Origin: Laetmonice hystrix
Lineage: Eukaryota
Assembly (NCBI GenBank): GCA_965235115.1
Contig: OZ249436.1
Span: 29,700,001 to 29,764,000, forward strand
DNA: 64,000 nt
Direction of reading: 5' to 3'
The notes below the pieces were generated by a model. That model saw nothing but the letters and a program-made list of their open reading frames with translations. It was not told the origin of the DNA and did not search any database. Positions 24,076 through 36,639 of this stretch are shown here, piece after piece; the stretch's first letter is position 1; each line of letters starts with the position of its first letter. The position numbers and the translations under genes were made by a program.

Positions 24076-25389
24076 AGAATACACTCCATCAGCCATGCTG
24101 TCCCCTAACGTTTCACAGCTTTTAAGCTAGGGCAATCGGGAACACGGGAAGTAAAAACATGATTTTTACAACACTCAAATGAATCTTGTGTTATAGGGTT
24201 GGGGGCAGCTCCTTAGGAATAACACGTCCACGCCATGCTGTCAGTCTCCAAAACTCTCCTCCTTTATTTCTCCTCCCTGCCTCTAGGTGGCAGCACGCTA
24301 CATACACTCCGGTAGGGAGCAGCACTAACACACTACATACACAACCGTAGGGGGCAGCACTAACGCTGACATAATCCATATATCACATCCCCCTTATTTA
24401 GTTGTTTTTGAAAAAAAATTAAAAAATATAAATGTTTAACTAAGCTACTGACTTATCTGATATGTTTACAATCCTCAAAGTTATTTAAGTCTTTATAACA
24501 ATTACATGTTGAGAATATCTGTAACCTTAACAAATGCTCTATACATGATCAACGACGTTCTACCTTTAAACTTATACTATCATCAGTATAGGAGATACAT
24601 AATAGACATCTCTATATGTTAAGTCTGCCCTAGTATCCTCATGAGTATCCCGTTTTCCCTTTTTAAAACTAATATTACATATTTTACGAATACAGTACAT
24701 AGTACATAGTATGCACAAGCTATTGCACCAAGATTGGGAATTTGTCAGCAAACCCCAAACCTGTTTACCATTAAGTAGGCTACGGTAAAAAGTGCCGTGT
24801 GCAAGTAGAAGGCAGCACGCAAATCCGCCTCTCAAAGCCGAAGCCAATGCCAATACCCGCTGAAAGGTAACACCCAAAATTAGTCCTACTTCTTCCATAC
24901 TGACCATTCTCCTCAACTTCTTCGAAATCTCCATACAACCTCCTTAATCTATCTATAACCCTGTCTCTCAATACCAATTTGTTTTGAGAAGTAAAAGCCA
25001 TACTCTCTGTCGACATACTCAGGACCAATATGAGCATTCACACAGTAGAGAAATATGAAAAAAATGGCCTTCCCCGTGAACTCTACGAAGAATCTGCACA
25101 AGACTAATCTCCCTTGAGATAACCTTACCCTTGGCAACATATTTTGTTCTCAAAAAGGTAAGTTGCAGAAACACCTCTCAATCTCCTCTGTTTCTCTGAC
25201 GACAAAACAACGCTACCAAATCATGACACAATATCAACCAACAATTAGAGCACTTCTGCTATACATTATGATGTAATCCCGTCAACCTTATCAAACAACA
25301 TTTTAAGAGACTAAACCCCTGTGAAACCTCTGATGTCTAATCAAAACACCGACTGACATAATGAACCTCTCACAACAAAGTAACACAAC

Positions 25390-28300
25390 TTAGACTCTAA
25401 GCATCCCATAAAGAAAGTTCGCAAACTTCTGTGGCGAACCCACACATGTGACCTTACTACGTTCTCCAAGAACTCTCTCAACTATTTCTGGACATGATCT
25501 CTCACTCTGAGGATCCCACCAAAATCTGTGTTCTCCCTTTGGCAAATTAAGTGACAATAGAAGACGTAGCTGTCCTGCTTGAAACTTGGCCTTCTCAACT
25601 TTGTATGTTGCATCACTAGACGGTATATTCGCTAAGTGTTTTACTAGGCGAATCTGTCTTTCCTTTGTCAATACTGTCGGTGCAGCAATCCCGTTGTTGA
25701 CAGTAAGATTCCGTCCGTGTATCGCTAACTCAACTGGTTTCGCTTGTGCCGTAAACACAAAATCATTTTCACCTTCGTCTCCTTGAAATACTTTTCCTGT
25801 CTCATCTAGAAATTGAAATCGTTGCTCATCCTCTCGTGTGATGTTGCATTGACTCGTCTGAGAGTCTTTTCCTTGTTCATCCATCGCTAATGCTTCCTTC
25901 AACTTCTGAAGATTTGTGATATTCTGACTTTCTGTAGCTCGCATGAATGCAGGTTTGAGTCGATTGATGTGAAACACATCTCGCAAGATCCTTCCCTTCA
26001 GATCAATTAACAGCATATGGCTGGAATCCAACACTTGATGAATGACAAAGGGTCCAACAAACTTGGCAGTAAACTTCCTGGCATTTGCTGTAAGGCTCGA
26101 ACTGCTTGGTTTATGTAGATATACCAGTTGTCCTTTCTCATAAATAGGACTTCTGGTTAGTTTCTGTGAAACCTTCTCATTCTGCTTGGATTGTTGCTGT
26201 TCTTGTAGCTGCAACATAAACTTAGACACACTGTCAAATTTTTCCTTTAACTGTTGAACATACTGCTCCTGTGAACTCGTTAGACCTGTTAATGGCCTGA
26301 AGTTAAGTCCACTGATGTCTCGTGGTTCCCTGCAGAATACCAAGTAGAAAGGCGAATGATTGCCCAATTGTGGTGACGAAAACGTGTTGAACGAATACTG
26401 CGCTACACTGTAGTATCTTATCCAATCATCGCCGTACTGATCCAAATTGACTTTTATGAGATCAGCTATCGATCGAATTTGTCTCTCAACGTGTAAAGAA
26501 CCATGATTCATTACAGATATGACTTTCTGGCTGATGTTCAATGCTTGACATAGAATCTCCATAACTTTTCCTATCAACGATGACTGGGCATCCGTTACTA
26601 GCATTTCGGGAATCCCGAAGTTGGTGAAGATTCGCTGGATTAGTGCTTCACAAATCGCTGGTGCGTCCAGAGTCTTCAAAGGAACACAAACTGTGTATCT
26701 AGTGATGGCACATGTCGTGACCATCAACCATGAGTAACCCGCCTTTGAGGTTATCATCTTTTTAAAATCCAGTGAAACCGTCTGAAATGGACAATAGGTT
26801 AGAGGAATCCTCTCATGAAATGGTCTCAACATATCAGACTTCCCTTTGAACTGCTGACATCTAGCACAAGACTGTATGTACGATACAATGCGTTGGTACA
26901 TGTTGTGGAAGTAGAACAACTTTCTCATCGTGAGAAACGTCCGGACACATCCCTGGTGGTTGCTTAACAGTGAATCATGGTATTTGGATACCAATGGATC
27001 AATGAACTTCTCTGGAATCACAAGCTGAAAACAGAAATGATCAGCACTAGTTGGAAAGAAGAACCTGAAAAGAATGTTGTTACACAGCATATATTGTTCT
27101 GATCTTAGTACAATTGCTCTGGAACTATTCTTGTCTCCGGGCAAGATGTTATGGGCAAGAAAATCGTAAATTGGCTTGAAGTGTGGAGAAGACTGTTGTG
27201 CAAGACGAAACTGTTGTGCCTCAAAAGGCAAATTGTAGTCCCGAATGATTTTCCTCTTGATGATCTTGAGAACTTTGTTTAACTCTGCCTGATTTGGAAT
27301 GTGTTTGGCAGTCAGAGTTTCAATGCTTGTAATCAACGGTTCAGGTTTCCGTAGAAATTCTGGGCATTCCTCATCTATCAATTCCTCTCTGTACTCTTCT
27401 GACTTGTTTAAGGCTCTATCAACCAATCTAGGTTCCTCTGATTCTGATGGATTACCCTTGCCTTCTTGTGACTCGTTGCTCCGTGACTTTGGTCGATGTC
27501 GATCAATGGGTTCTACTGGAATGTGACGATCCTGTCTTTGTCTGACATTGACGTTTCTCTGTGGTGGAATTTCATCGTTCCCTTCGGGCACATTATCTGC
27601 TAATTCCGCCGGCTGTTCAATTTCTCCTATCATTGGTTGTGGTTCATTGTGGATCACAACTTCTGGTTCTGGTTCCTGTTGTCTATCCCCTTCTGTCCTG
27701 GTGGATTCCTTCCTCTTGGATTTCTCTGGATACAATGTTGGAACGGCAATGTTCATCCGTTTGGCGTAAGCCCTTGTGACTGGTCGTTCGCCTCTTGGAA
27801 TCTGGACTGGATATGCTTGATCCTCAACTGATGGTAACACCTCCTGTAGCTGTACTGGCAAAGCAATGGGGATGATCCGCTCAAGCTCATCGTCATCCTC
27901 TCTGTACGATCTACTCAGAAAATCTGAAACAACCATGTCTGAACCTTTGCAATATGATATATCAAAGGAATATTGCGACATACGTTCCATCAACTTCTGT
28001 AGTCGTAGCGTAGGTGGTTGATTCTTTGATTTATAGATCTGTATAAGAGAAGAGTGATCAACATAACAATGGAAACTTCTCGCCTGTAAGTAGTACTTCC
28101 AAGCTGTCACATTGAGAAAAAGACCTGTAAGCTCAAGTTCACTTACACTGTATCTTTGTGCTGCCTCTGGCAGAATTTTGCTGTAATAACCAATGACCTT
28201 TTGTTCTCCTCTTATGTCTTGCATTAACACTGATCCTGTGCACTGTCTCGATGTATCACTGTAAAGATGAAAGTCACCTGTTCCTTGTGGTGCACACACA

Positions 28301-30264
28301 ACTGGTGGTTCACTCAACAATCGTCTAATTTTGTCAAAGCACTCCTCATGTTCCTCTGTCCAAAGGAATTTCTGGCTTTTCCTTGTTAACGAGTGAAGTG
28401 GTTTCAGCAAGAGTTGCAACCTGGGCAAATACATAGACAGATATGTAACCGCTCCTATGAATCGTCTGACTCCTTTAGGATCGCTTGGTCTTGTCATCCT
28501 TCGTATGGCGTCACACTTGTTTGCCATCGCTTTCACTTGAATAATTCCGTCTGGCTGTGAAATAGAAATCTCATGTCCAATGTATGTACATCGGTTGCGA
28601 AACAAACGACACTTCTCTGGAGAAATCTTTAAACCATGGTCTCCAAATACTTGTAGTACTTTCTGAAGATGTTGAATATGTTTATCTTCTGTAGGCGAAA
28701 ACACAATGCAATCATCATGAATTGCTAAACAAAACTCGTCCTTGTCTGGAATCGTGGCCAGAATCTCATTCATTTGTTGTTGCCATCGTGCCGGAGATAG
28801 ACTCATTCCCATAGGAAGACGTCGATACGTATACATAGGTGCCCCTGGATATGGACATATCCCTGTATACTGCTGAGATTTTGTTGACAGTGGTAATGCA
28901 TGAAATGCACTTTTCAAGTCAATGACAGATACTACCCTACTTTTTGCTTTTCCTAGTCGAGCTAAGACATTCTGTAGAGACAGATAATTCTGTTGCACTG
29001 TAACCACTTTTGTGTTCAAGTATCTAAAATCAGAAACAAATCTGAAGTCATCAGAATTGGGTTTCTTTATCAAAAGACATGGTGAACTATAGGGTGAACA
29101 TCCTTTCCTCAAAATTCCCAACTTCACAAGTTTCTTCAATTCTCGATCCATCACTGGCCTGCGTTCCTCTGCAATAGGATATGGTCGAATGTAAAATGGA
29201 CTTTCATCTCTCAATTGAATATCAACCTCTATGTCAGAACAATGACCTACTTCTCCATACAAACTGAATGCATTCTTGTGCTGTACAAGCATTTCCCGTA
29301 CACATTTTCTCCCTGTCTCATCCAAAACACATGACTCCGCATCCAAATCTATAGTTTTCTTCAAGATTTCCTCTGGTGATATTCGAGAGATAGCATCTGT
29401 AGGATCCAAGTGTGGGTATGTCTTCAAATTCTGGTACTGGATTTCTGATTCGCACTCATCCCTGCTGATGTATGACTGGAATGACTCAGTTGGGATCTTC
29501 CCTACAACGTGTAACAGTTTGCTGAGATCTGTAAAAGCAATTGGACTGTTACAATTTAGAAATATAGGTTTCTTGCCAGTATTGGATACCTGAACAGTAC
29601 ATGCCCCTTTCCTCAGTTTGACTAACATGTGCTCCGGACAATGTTTCCGTAAAAATGTACCTGCCTGTAACAAAACATCAGAGTGTTTTAAAACTCTAGG
29701 AACCCTGCCTCTGAGAAGTATGTGTTTTACCTGTCCTGGCTTAACAACATGACTATGGATTGGAGTAAACCAAACTTTCCTCGGTCTCACTGTGAACGTA
29801 TGTGTCCTGAAATCCAATGAACCATTAAGAGCTGCAAGCGTTGAATCTCCCAATAGCACATCTGGTCCCGTGAGGTTATCCGCAACACAAGCATGAATAC
29901 GAAATCTGTGTCCCTGAACACGTATCTCAAATGAAACTGCTTTATCAGATACTAAATACTCTCCATTGCCGATTCTGAAACGACGTTTTTGAATATCAAA
30001 TTTTGGTAATTTGCTCAAAAACGTAGATCTTTGAATGCATGACCCAGAAATCAGTGTAGATGTTGCTCCTGAATCGAATAAAAGCAATAACCCCTCGTTG
30101 TTTTCAAGATGACCTCTTGCATAGTTGTTTGATGTTAACTGGATATCTGTGACGGTATCTCCCAAAAACTCAGATTGATCCTCTCCTGTCTGACTTTCTG
30201 TAACAAAGACTTTCTGGTGGGGTAACTCAGTTGGTCCTCCTGCGCCACCCTTTAAGAAAAATCC
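25390..30264 (-). CDS. pol: Pol of element C (protease, RT, RNase H, integrase), probably made by -1 frameshift
   Basis: LFDSGA protease; IDLKSAFH, LPMG and IHDD RT motifs; YSDTS..SELEL RNase H; H..H..CARC and D,D,E integrase; frame is open back to the end of gag. Confidence 0.92.
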   Translation of the reverse strand, partial: GFFLKGGAGGPTELPHQKVFVTESQTGEDQSEFLGDTVTDIQLTSNNYARGHLENNEGLLLLFDSGATSTLISGSCIQRSTFLSKLPKFDIQKRRFRIGNGEYLVSDKAVSFEIRVQGHRFRIHACVADNLTGPDVLLGDSTLAALNGSLDFRTHTFTVRPRKVWFTPIHSHVVKPGQVKHILLRGRVPRVLKHSDVLLQAGTFLRKHCPEHMLVKLRKGACTVQVSNTGKKPIFLNCNSPIAFTDLSKLLHVVGKIPTESFQSYISRDECESEIQYQNLKTYPHLDPTDAISRISPEEILKKTIDLDAESCVLDETGRKCVREMLVQHKNAFSLYGEVGHCSDIEVDIQLRDESPFYIRPYPIAEERRPVMDRELKKLVKLGILRKGCSPYSSPCLLIKKPNSDDFRFVSDFRYLNTKVVTVQQNYLSLQNVLARLGKAKSRVVSVIDLKSAFHALPLSTKSQQYTGICPYPGAPMYTYRRLPMGMSLSPARWQQQMNEILATIPDKDEFCLAIHDDCIVFSPTEDKHIQHLQKVLQVFGDHGLKISPEKCRLFRNRCTYIGHEISISQPDGIIQVKAMANKCDAIRRMTRPSDPKGVRRFIGAVTYLSMYLPRLQLLLKPLHSLTRKSQKFLWTEEHEECFDKIRRLLSEPPVVCAPQGTGDFHLYSDTSRQCTGSVLMQDIRGEQKVIGYYSKILPEAAQRYSVSELELTGLFLNVTAWKYYLQARSFHCYVDHSSLIQIYKSKNQPPTLRLQKLMERMSQYSFDISYCKGSDMVVSDFLSRSYREDDDELERIIPIALPVQLQEVLPSVEDQAYPVQIPRGERPVTRAYAKRMNIAVPTLYPEKSKRKESTRTEGDRQQEPEPEVVIHNEPQPMIGEIEQPAELADNVPEGNDEIPPQRNVNVRQRQDRHIPVEPIDRHRPKSRSNESQEGKGNPSESEEPRLVDRALNKSEEYREELIDEECPEFLRKPEPLITSIETLTAKHIPNQAELNKVLKIIKRKIIRDYNLPFEAQQFRLAQQSSPHFKPIYDFLAHNILPGDKNSSRAIVLRSEQYMLCNNILFRFFFPTSADHFCFQLVIPEKFIDPLVSKYHDSLLSNHQGCVRTFLTMRKLFYFHNMYQRIVSYIQSCARCQQFKGKSDMLRPFHERIPLTYCPFQTVSLDFKKMITSKAGYSWLMVTTCAITRYTVCVPLKTLDAPAICEALIQRIFTNFGIPEMLVTDAQSSLIGKVMEILCQALNISQKVISVMNHGSLHVERQIRSIADLIKVNLDQYGDDWIRYYSVAQYSFNTFSSPQLGNHSPFYLVFCREPRDISGLNFRPLTGLTSSQEQYVQQLKEKFDSVSKFMLQLQEQQQSKQNEKVSQKLTRSPIYEKGQLVYLHKPSSSSLTANARKFTAKFVGPFVIHQVLDSSHMLLIDLKGRILRDVFHINRLKPAFMRATESQNITNLQKLKEALAMDEQGKDSQTSQCNITREDEQRFQFLDETGKVFQGDEGENDFVFTAQAKPVELAIHGRNLTVNNGIAAPTVLTKERQIRLVKHLANIPSSDATYKVEKAKFQAGQLRLLLSLNLPKGEHRFWWDPQSERSCPEIVERVLGERSKVTCVGSPQKFANFLYGMLRV

Positions 30265-31175
30265 CGTCTCTCACGATTGCTTGCTTCTGGCTCTCGCCAC
30301 TGTCTCCATTGAGGTTGTTGACGTCGGTCTGACCCAAATCTGCTGTTCCCACTGACATTTGGAGTCATCCGCAAATACTCGAAACATTTCTTCCATATAT
30401 GTCCTCTCCTACCGCAAAAGTAGCACTGCACAGCCTGTGTGTCTGGCCAATGTCGCCGTTCCGGTGATTGGTACTGTCTCTCTCTTCCTCTCACTCTGTT
30501 CTGCGATGGACTGTACGACCGTTCATATCTTCTGTTCATGGGTCTCCTCGGTCCTGGACTCCTTGAACGTTGCTCCTCTCTCCTACATGTCCTGTCTTCT
30601 GCTGCTGTAGTAGCATGCACTACATCCGGAAAAGAAACTGACTTTGTGCTTGGAGATGGACTTAAATCCAAATATTTCTGCGTAAGATTTGCAAGCTGTT
30701 CTGCTGTTGCCGCAACTGGTGCAGCCATAACAATTGCACGTTGACAGTCTCCCGGAAGGGAGTGTACAAATTTATGACGAATCTGGTCATCATTGTAGTT
30801 TATCCGTTGAGCTGCAATCCTGAGTCTTCCCAAGTACTGTTCCGCCGATTCTCCCTGTTTGTAGGACAACTCCTCAAAGAACTTAACATTTGCAAACTCA
30901 CTGTGGTGAGAACTAAACCTTCTCAAAAAAGCATCCTTCAAACCCTCCAGATTTTGGAAAACCTTATCTTGCACCCAGAGTCTAGCTTCTCCTGTGAGTG
31001 ATAACCTAAACCGAAGAGTGACATCAGGCATCTGTTCTGCTGTTGGTGCTGAGAGATCATGCATCTGCAGATAATCACTGAACAAATACCAATGACTAAT
31101 AGTCTTTTCATGACTGAGACATTCCCCTCCGAATTTGGGATCAGGTAGAAAATCTGTTAGCCTAAGTGCCGCCAT
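30252..31175 (-). CDS. gag: Gag of element C
   Basis: FRLSLTGEARLW capsid-like segment; zinc knuckle CYFCGRRGHIWKKC; ATG at 31175. Confidence 0.9.
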   Translation of the reverse strand: MAALRLTDFLPDPKFGGECLSHEKTISHWYLFSDYLQMHDLSAPTAEQMPDVTLRFRLSLTGEARLWVQDKVFQNLEGLKDAFLRRFSSHHSEFANVKFFEELSYKQGESAEQYLGRLRIAAQRINYNDDQIRHKFVHSLPGDCQRAIVMAAPVAATAEQLANLTQKYLDLSPSPSTKSVSFPDVVHATTAAEDRTCRREEQRSRSPGPRRPMNRRYERSYSPSQNRVRGRERQYQSPERRHWPDTQAVQCYFCGRRGHIWKKCFEYLRMTPNVSGNSRFGSDRRQQPQWRQWREPEASNRERRDFS

Positions 31176-32989
31176 CCTCACTTATAATGATGTAACCCCT
31201 TGAAGACACCTTGAAACACTATAGTACCTGTACCACCAGAAACAGAATGAGTACGATTCCCTGAGTACACCACACTGTTTCTGCCTCAATCGACGTACCC
31301 GCATACAATCTCACACCCGCACACAGAAAACCTCAAACCGTGAACCATGTAGCCTTCATCTGAAATTCAAGGCAGCGATTACTCATATTGGGCTGACAAT
31401 TTCCCATACTGTGCAACTCCCATCCTAATGTTAGTGTTAGTCGAGAACATAGCCCCATTCCTCTCATAAGAAATGTACCTCGGTGTTAGTCGCATTATGA
31501 GATTCAGGACTTTAGCTTTGCCACACTTATTCAACCCGTACTACCAAGATTTCAAATATCCCAGTTATGGTTTACAACCAGTAATACACCTGCAAACTCA
31601 GTATAAGGACCATCAAAATATGTCTAGTACAGTGTTCAAGTTTCACTTCGTATAGTCTGAGCTTCTAGCTGTGAGACAAATGTTCACTCAGAATATTCTC
31701 AGCTCATCACGGTACACAACTCGATATTAACACTCGTTTCAATGTTACCTACACCCAATGTCATCAGATTCGAAAATGGAGTTCCTTCTCTTCTGGTAAT
31801 GTCTGTACACACTGTCCCTCTTCTGGTGAAATATGCACACACTATCAACGTCAGGAACAAGACTAGTAAACTACCAGCACTGAGTTGAAATGTTGTAGTA
31901 TTCACAGTTCCTTACATCACACAACTGGAATAGCGACAGGTAATGTTAGTAAACAACTCAGTATCACACCCGTGTCACGCACCGTAGTTATGTCCTTGAT
32001 CATGTTGATGGCTCTCCATAGTGTCTACATCTGCGTAGGCCTAACCCACATTCGTGTATGCTGACGTGCTGACGTACATTCCTCCTGCCGTGACTAGCAA
32101 CTGTGTCCCACTGGCTGCAATCTCCCACACAGAGTCAGGCTAGCGGACTGCCAAAAGCGGTCCGTCCAAATCTAGGTCGCGCTGTCTAACCGCTAACGTT
32201 AGTCTGCACTGGCTGACGCAAGTTCATCTCACGTTAGGACACCGTAAACTGTGTAACTTGTCCTCCGATTACACCGATTATAATTATAGTGTTTATCCTA
32301 CCCGTTGGAAGTTCGTTGTGTCGTGGTAGGCTTCACGATGTTAAGTACACGTGGCTTCAGAACTCGTGCATCAAAACAAACATGGCACTCACTTCCTCTG
32401 TCAAACGCCACTTCCGCCTTCTCTTTCCCGATGCATCGTGGTACTGCGTGGATTTCCCCTGTCCGCCATTACTGTATGTGCTCACTAAAGTAAAAGTCAC
32501 TGTTCGTTGTTGTAGCACAGTCGGGGTACTGCAAGTGTACACCGCATGCTGCAATAAGCCTATAGGGCCTATAGCTCATGAGTCTTCAGTTAAAGCTCGC
32601 TGTACCCGGTTCTCCACCATGTTATAGGGTTGGGGGCAGCTCCTTAGGAATAACACGTCCACGCCATGCTGTCAGTCTCCAAAACTCTCCTCCTTTATTT
32701 CTCCTCCCTGCCTCTAGGTGGCAGCACGCTACATACACTCCGGTAGGGAGCAGCACTAACACACTACATACACAACCGTAGGGGGCAGCACTAACGCTGA
32801 CATAATCCATATATCACACTTGCTCCAATTTATTATTTTTATTGTATTTTTACAATTAAGATTTCCTTCTCATACGGCATCGTTTTTTTCATCTAAAATC
32901 AATAATCTGTTCATAAAAGAGGCCTCTGGGTTATGATAACATTATTTTATACTACTATCAAATTATCGTGTCCCCCCCTTTAACGAGGA

Positions 32990-33274
32990 CTACATTTTTC
33001 CTTGTTCTAAGTGCTTCCTCATATGCCTCTTGCAGTTACTGTCATCAGCAAACTTTGCCTCGCAGAAGCGACACTTGTATGGTTTCTCGCCAGTGTGGGT
33101 CCGCACATGCAGCCGCAGATGGTGAGACCTCTTGAAGGACTTAGCACAGATTTCACAAGAATGCTGCTTTTCCTGGTTGGCAGTCGCTGGGATTACGGCC
33201 ATTTGGTTGCCACCACTATAATACATGGATGCCTGTATCCATGGATCATTTGTTGTGTGGCCAAGCCCTGTCCT
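32990..33274 (-). CDS. Variable terminal exon V18, 2 C2H2 fingers
   Basis: tgttgcag|AGG ACA GGG phase 0; CEIC..RSHHLRLH. Confidence 0.85.
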   Translation of the reverse strand, partial: RTGLGHTTNDPWIQASMYYSGGNQMAVIPATANQEKQHSCEICAKSFKRSHHLRLHVRTHTGEKPYKCRFCEAKFADDSNCKRHMRKHLEQGKM

Positions 33275-34330
33275 CTGCAACATGACCAAGAGTCAGCGTC
33301 AGAGTCTTCATCCCAACAACCACGGTAGAGAGAGAGATCGGAGAAAAGGTCATTGAAAGTTTGGACAATAAGAACCGATAATGCATCTATTGCATTCCCA
33401 AGATAATGTTACATTGATAGGCCTACATAAATACATCATGCAACAGTAATCACTGCAACTGGAAATGTCACAAAGAAAGAGGACGTTTGTCAGCCAATGC
33501 TGCTCACCCACTATTGTTTGAAGGCAAAGATAAAACAACAATCCTATTCAGACAGGTAAAAATAGGTCGACAGACGTCGGTTAGTTCTGTACAAGGCAAA
33601 AGGTTATCGCGTCTGGCCAGCTATTGGAGAGACAAAATAGGTGTTAACTATACAGCAACAATCCCGACAAGTATCCATCAATCATGATGGTCTATGGCTG
33701 GCGCTGTGGATATTATTGTCCGCTACCACCGCAGTCCTGCCCTTTGAAAATCATACCGATTCAAAGTGCACCACTGTTGAACAACGGTCGACAAATGTCT
33801 CCATAGATGTTGAGCTAGAAGTTAGGGATATATTCTACTCCTCGTTTTCAGCATTATTATAATTCCGACGCAATAACAGATTCCTATCTGCAAAATGTTA
33901 GACTGTGCCTTTGAGAATCTTTCCAAATGTCTCACCAGAACTACCATAGTCACAATGCTACCTATTTTGCCGGGGTTTCTTCCAAGGCGGATATGAGCAG
34001 CTACAAACGTGATCCACCTCCAGGGCTTATTGTTTTTGAGTATGCGGGGATTAGGCTAAAGTAACAGGCACCATCACTTTTTGTTGTTGTCCTCACATGC
34101 AATCCATTCCTGGGACTCCGTTAAAGTAGCCGGTACAGGTTCTCCTTGAAGACGGGGATCCCGGCGACCGCCAGCTTAACTTGAATGCCCTGCAACTCTA
34201 TGCAGTGACAGATATGAGAACAAACGTTTTCATGCTGCTCACTTTTTAGTCCCTTATACTTAGTTGACTGTTTAAAGGTCTCATCTCTGAAAACCTTTGA
34301 TCATTTTCTAATATATGGCAACCATCAAAA

Positions 34331-34717
34331 TCAATCTTTTTCAAATGAAACAGAAAACGTGTGACAAGGATGTGCGGCAAAACTTTTAGTCGTAAAGAAG
34401 GTTCTTTTGCAGAGTGCGCACGGATATGATTTGCCGGGATGTCCCTCATGTCTCTTCACATGCTTCTTGCAATTACTGTCATCTGCAAATGCTGCTTCAC
34501 AGAATGGACATTTGTATGGTTTCTCGCCCGTGTGGGTCCGTAAATGCAGCTTCAGGTGGTCTAACCTCTTGAAGCCCTTTGCACAGACTACACAGGTATG
34601 GCGGCTTGCTGGTTTGCCTGGTGATCGGTTTACGGTCATTTCGTTGTAAGCACCATGATACTCTGGAGGCGGTAAGGCTATCCATGCATCATTAGATGTT
34701 TGGCCATGCTGTGTCGT
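34331..34717 (-). CDS. Variable terminal exon V17, 2 C2H2 fingers plus an atypical third finger
   Basis: tgttgcag|ACG ACA CAG phase 0; third motif CALC..AAHPCH. Confidence 0.85.
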   Translation of the reverse strand, partial: TTQHGQTSNDAWIALPPPEYHGAYNEMTVNRSPGKPASRHTCVVCAKGFKRLDHLKLHLRTHTGEKPYKCPFCEAAFADDSNCKKHVKRHEGHPGKSYPCALCKRTFFTTKSFAAHPCHTFSVSFEKD

Positions 34718-36342
34718 CTGCAACATGACCAAGAGTCAGCGTCAAAGACTACAGCCCAAAACATGTTTTAAAAGAGACCAGTGGCCAGGCGACACCTGAG
34801 GTAACTGGTAAGACTGTGCAAGAATTGTTTATGCCTGGCAAGACATGGCGGCTGAAAAAAAAGGTTTGCTACGTTATGGCCAGGTCTCCCGTTATTCTCT
34901 TATTCGCCTAATTAGACAGATAAAAGAAAACAGCAACATGTCCAACAACTTTCCTCAATGATACATCAAAGCAACATAACCTGGCTATTAATTTCTGGCA
35001 TTTTTTAGTTTCAAAACTGTAATTCCAATATCTATAGAGGGCAGAAATGAGATGTTCTGATTCTTGCCTTATTCTTTATCATATTTCCAAAACAACTTGG
35101 CCAAGTAAAATATTCAGTTGCCTCACAAAAGGGGAATGTCGCTACTTCATTTACTAATTGTTTTATTTCTTCACTTAATTAGCACACCCTGTCTACAGTA
35201 ACTCCCGTTTCATCCAATCTTTCGCAGTTCTGACCCATGAAAACTACCTACAATGTACTAAGGCAACATTAACAAGACATGAAAATAAATTCTTGCGATT
35301 TTCTTAATGTCTTTATTGCTACATTTTCATTCATATCATGCAGATATGTTTATGTGCTTGCAACTTTAAAAGCCTTGGTCTTGAAAAGTAAATGCCTGGT
35401 CTATGTTCAGGTCCCTGGAAAGTTTCTTAAAGCACGCTCGCCAACATAAACTATACTCGGCAGCTGACTCTTTAAAGTAGATATCTATTAATACTTCATT
35501 TAGAAATGCAATCGTAGAAGTTAATGCAGACAAGCCAGGGCTTCTTCATCAGAGTTGCCACTCCCACTTGGAAAACCCCCCAGGAAAATAAAAATATACA
35601 TTTCTGTCAACAATGGCCTTCTGACATGTGGGAATCGTCCTAGGATCGCAGATGTTTCACAAATCTGGTGGAAATGAAGCTATACTCTGTATAATCTTTA
35701 AAGTTCTTTGCCGTTTGTGACTTCATGAACGATTAAACTTTAAATGGAGCTTCAATTCCTGTCATTGGTTCAACAATCGCTAATTAAACCAGACGATTTT
35801 GTTGTGGTTATTGGGCCGGCATTTCGGCAAAATAAGTAAATGAGTCTGACTAATTATGGACACGAAACCATGTTTGGGTTAAGGTTAAAGTTAGGCCTAG
35901 GGTTAGAGTTATTGGTTGATAATTAGGCACTAATTAGATAATCCACTATTTTGCGAAAGACATCCAATAGGAATCCAGTATTGCAGTCACATGACCCATC
36001 GATATGTCATAACCATTACCAAACGATTTTGGACCAATCAGCAACAAGCTGGCGTCCACTAAGTCATGGAAAAATAATGTAACAGGTTTCCGGGCTGAAG
36101 GGCAGCTGAGGCCAGCATGACAGCTCTCGATAACCCGTCCTACCGGCAGTCTAGGACAGGCTTGGTAGATGCAGATGCTATCCATTAGGATCGGAACCAG
36201 AATGTATGTACGTGACTATAAGTTACAGAGAACCCTATCTGCATATCAAGTTATACTTGAAGTACAGAAATACTAGTTTTCTTAGTAATATTTTTTAAAT
36301 AATTTTTTTGAGGGGGGAGGAGTTAGAAAAAATGAAATTCCA

Positions 36343-36639
36343 TTAAAAATTGGAGGAGTGGCATCTCTGCTTCATGTGTCTCCTGCAACTGCTGGGATCG
36401 GAGAAGGTGGCCTCACAGAACTGGCATTGGAAGGGCCTCTCGCCCGTATGAGTCCGTATATGTCGCTGCAAATCTCGGTTCCTCCCAGGCCCAAAGGATT
36501 TGCCACAGATATGACATGTATGGCTTTTTTTGTGTGCTCCACTTGTTGGGTGTCTGCTCATTTGGTTCCCAGAAGGATATAACACTGAAGACTGTATCCA
36601 TTCATCATTTGAACTTGAAGTTTGGCCATGCTGTGTTGT
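36343..36639 (-). CDS. Variable terminal exon V16, 2 fingers
   Basis: tgttgcag|ACA ACA CAG phase 0; CHIC..GPGRNRDLQRH. Confidence 0.85.
   Translation of the reverse strand, partial: TTQHGQTSSSNDEWIQSSVLYPSGNQMSRHPTSGAHKKSHTCHICGKSFGPGRNRDLQRHIRTHTGERPFQCQFCEATFSDPSSCRRHMKQRCHSSNF

Larger units (their letters stand above)
24189..32818 (-). mobile_element. Element C: full-length Ty3/Gypsy LTR retrotransposon
   Basis: 199-bp TG...CA LTRs at 24189-24387 and 32620-32818; TSD CTTG; PBS TGGTGGAGAACCGGGTA next to 32619; purine tract next to 24387; pol order PR-RT-RH-IN. Confidence 0.95.

Noticed and set aside
24572..25140. Env-like extra ORF at the 3' end of element C
   Set aside because: Only short overlapping ORFs (63-120 aa) in different frames with no convincing motifs
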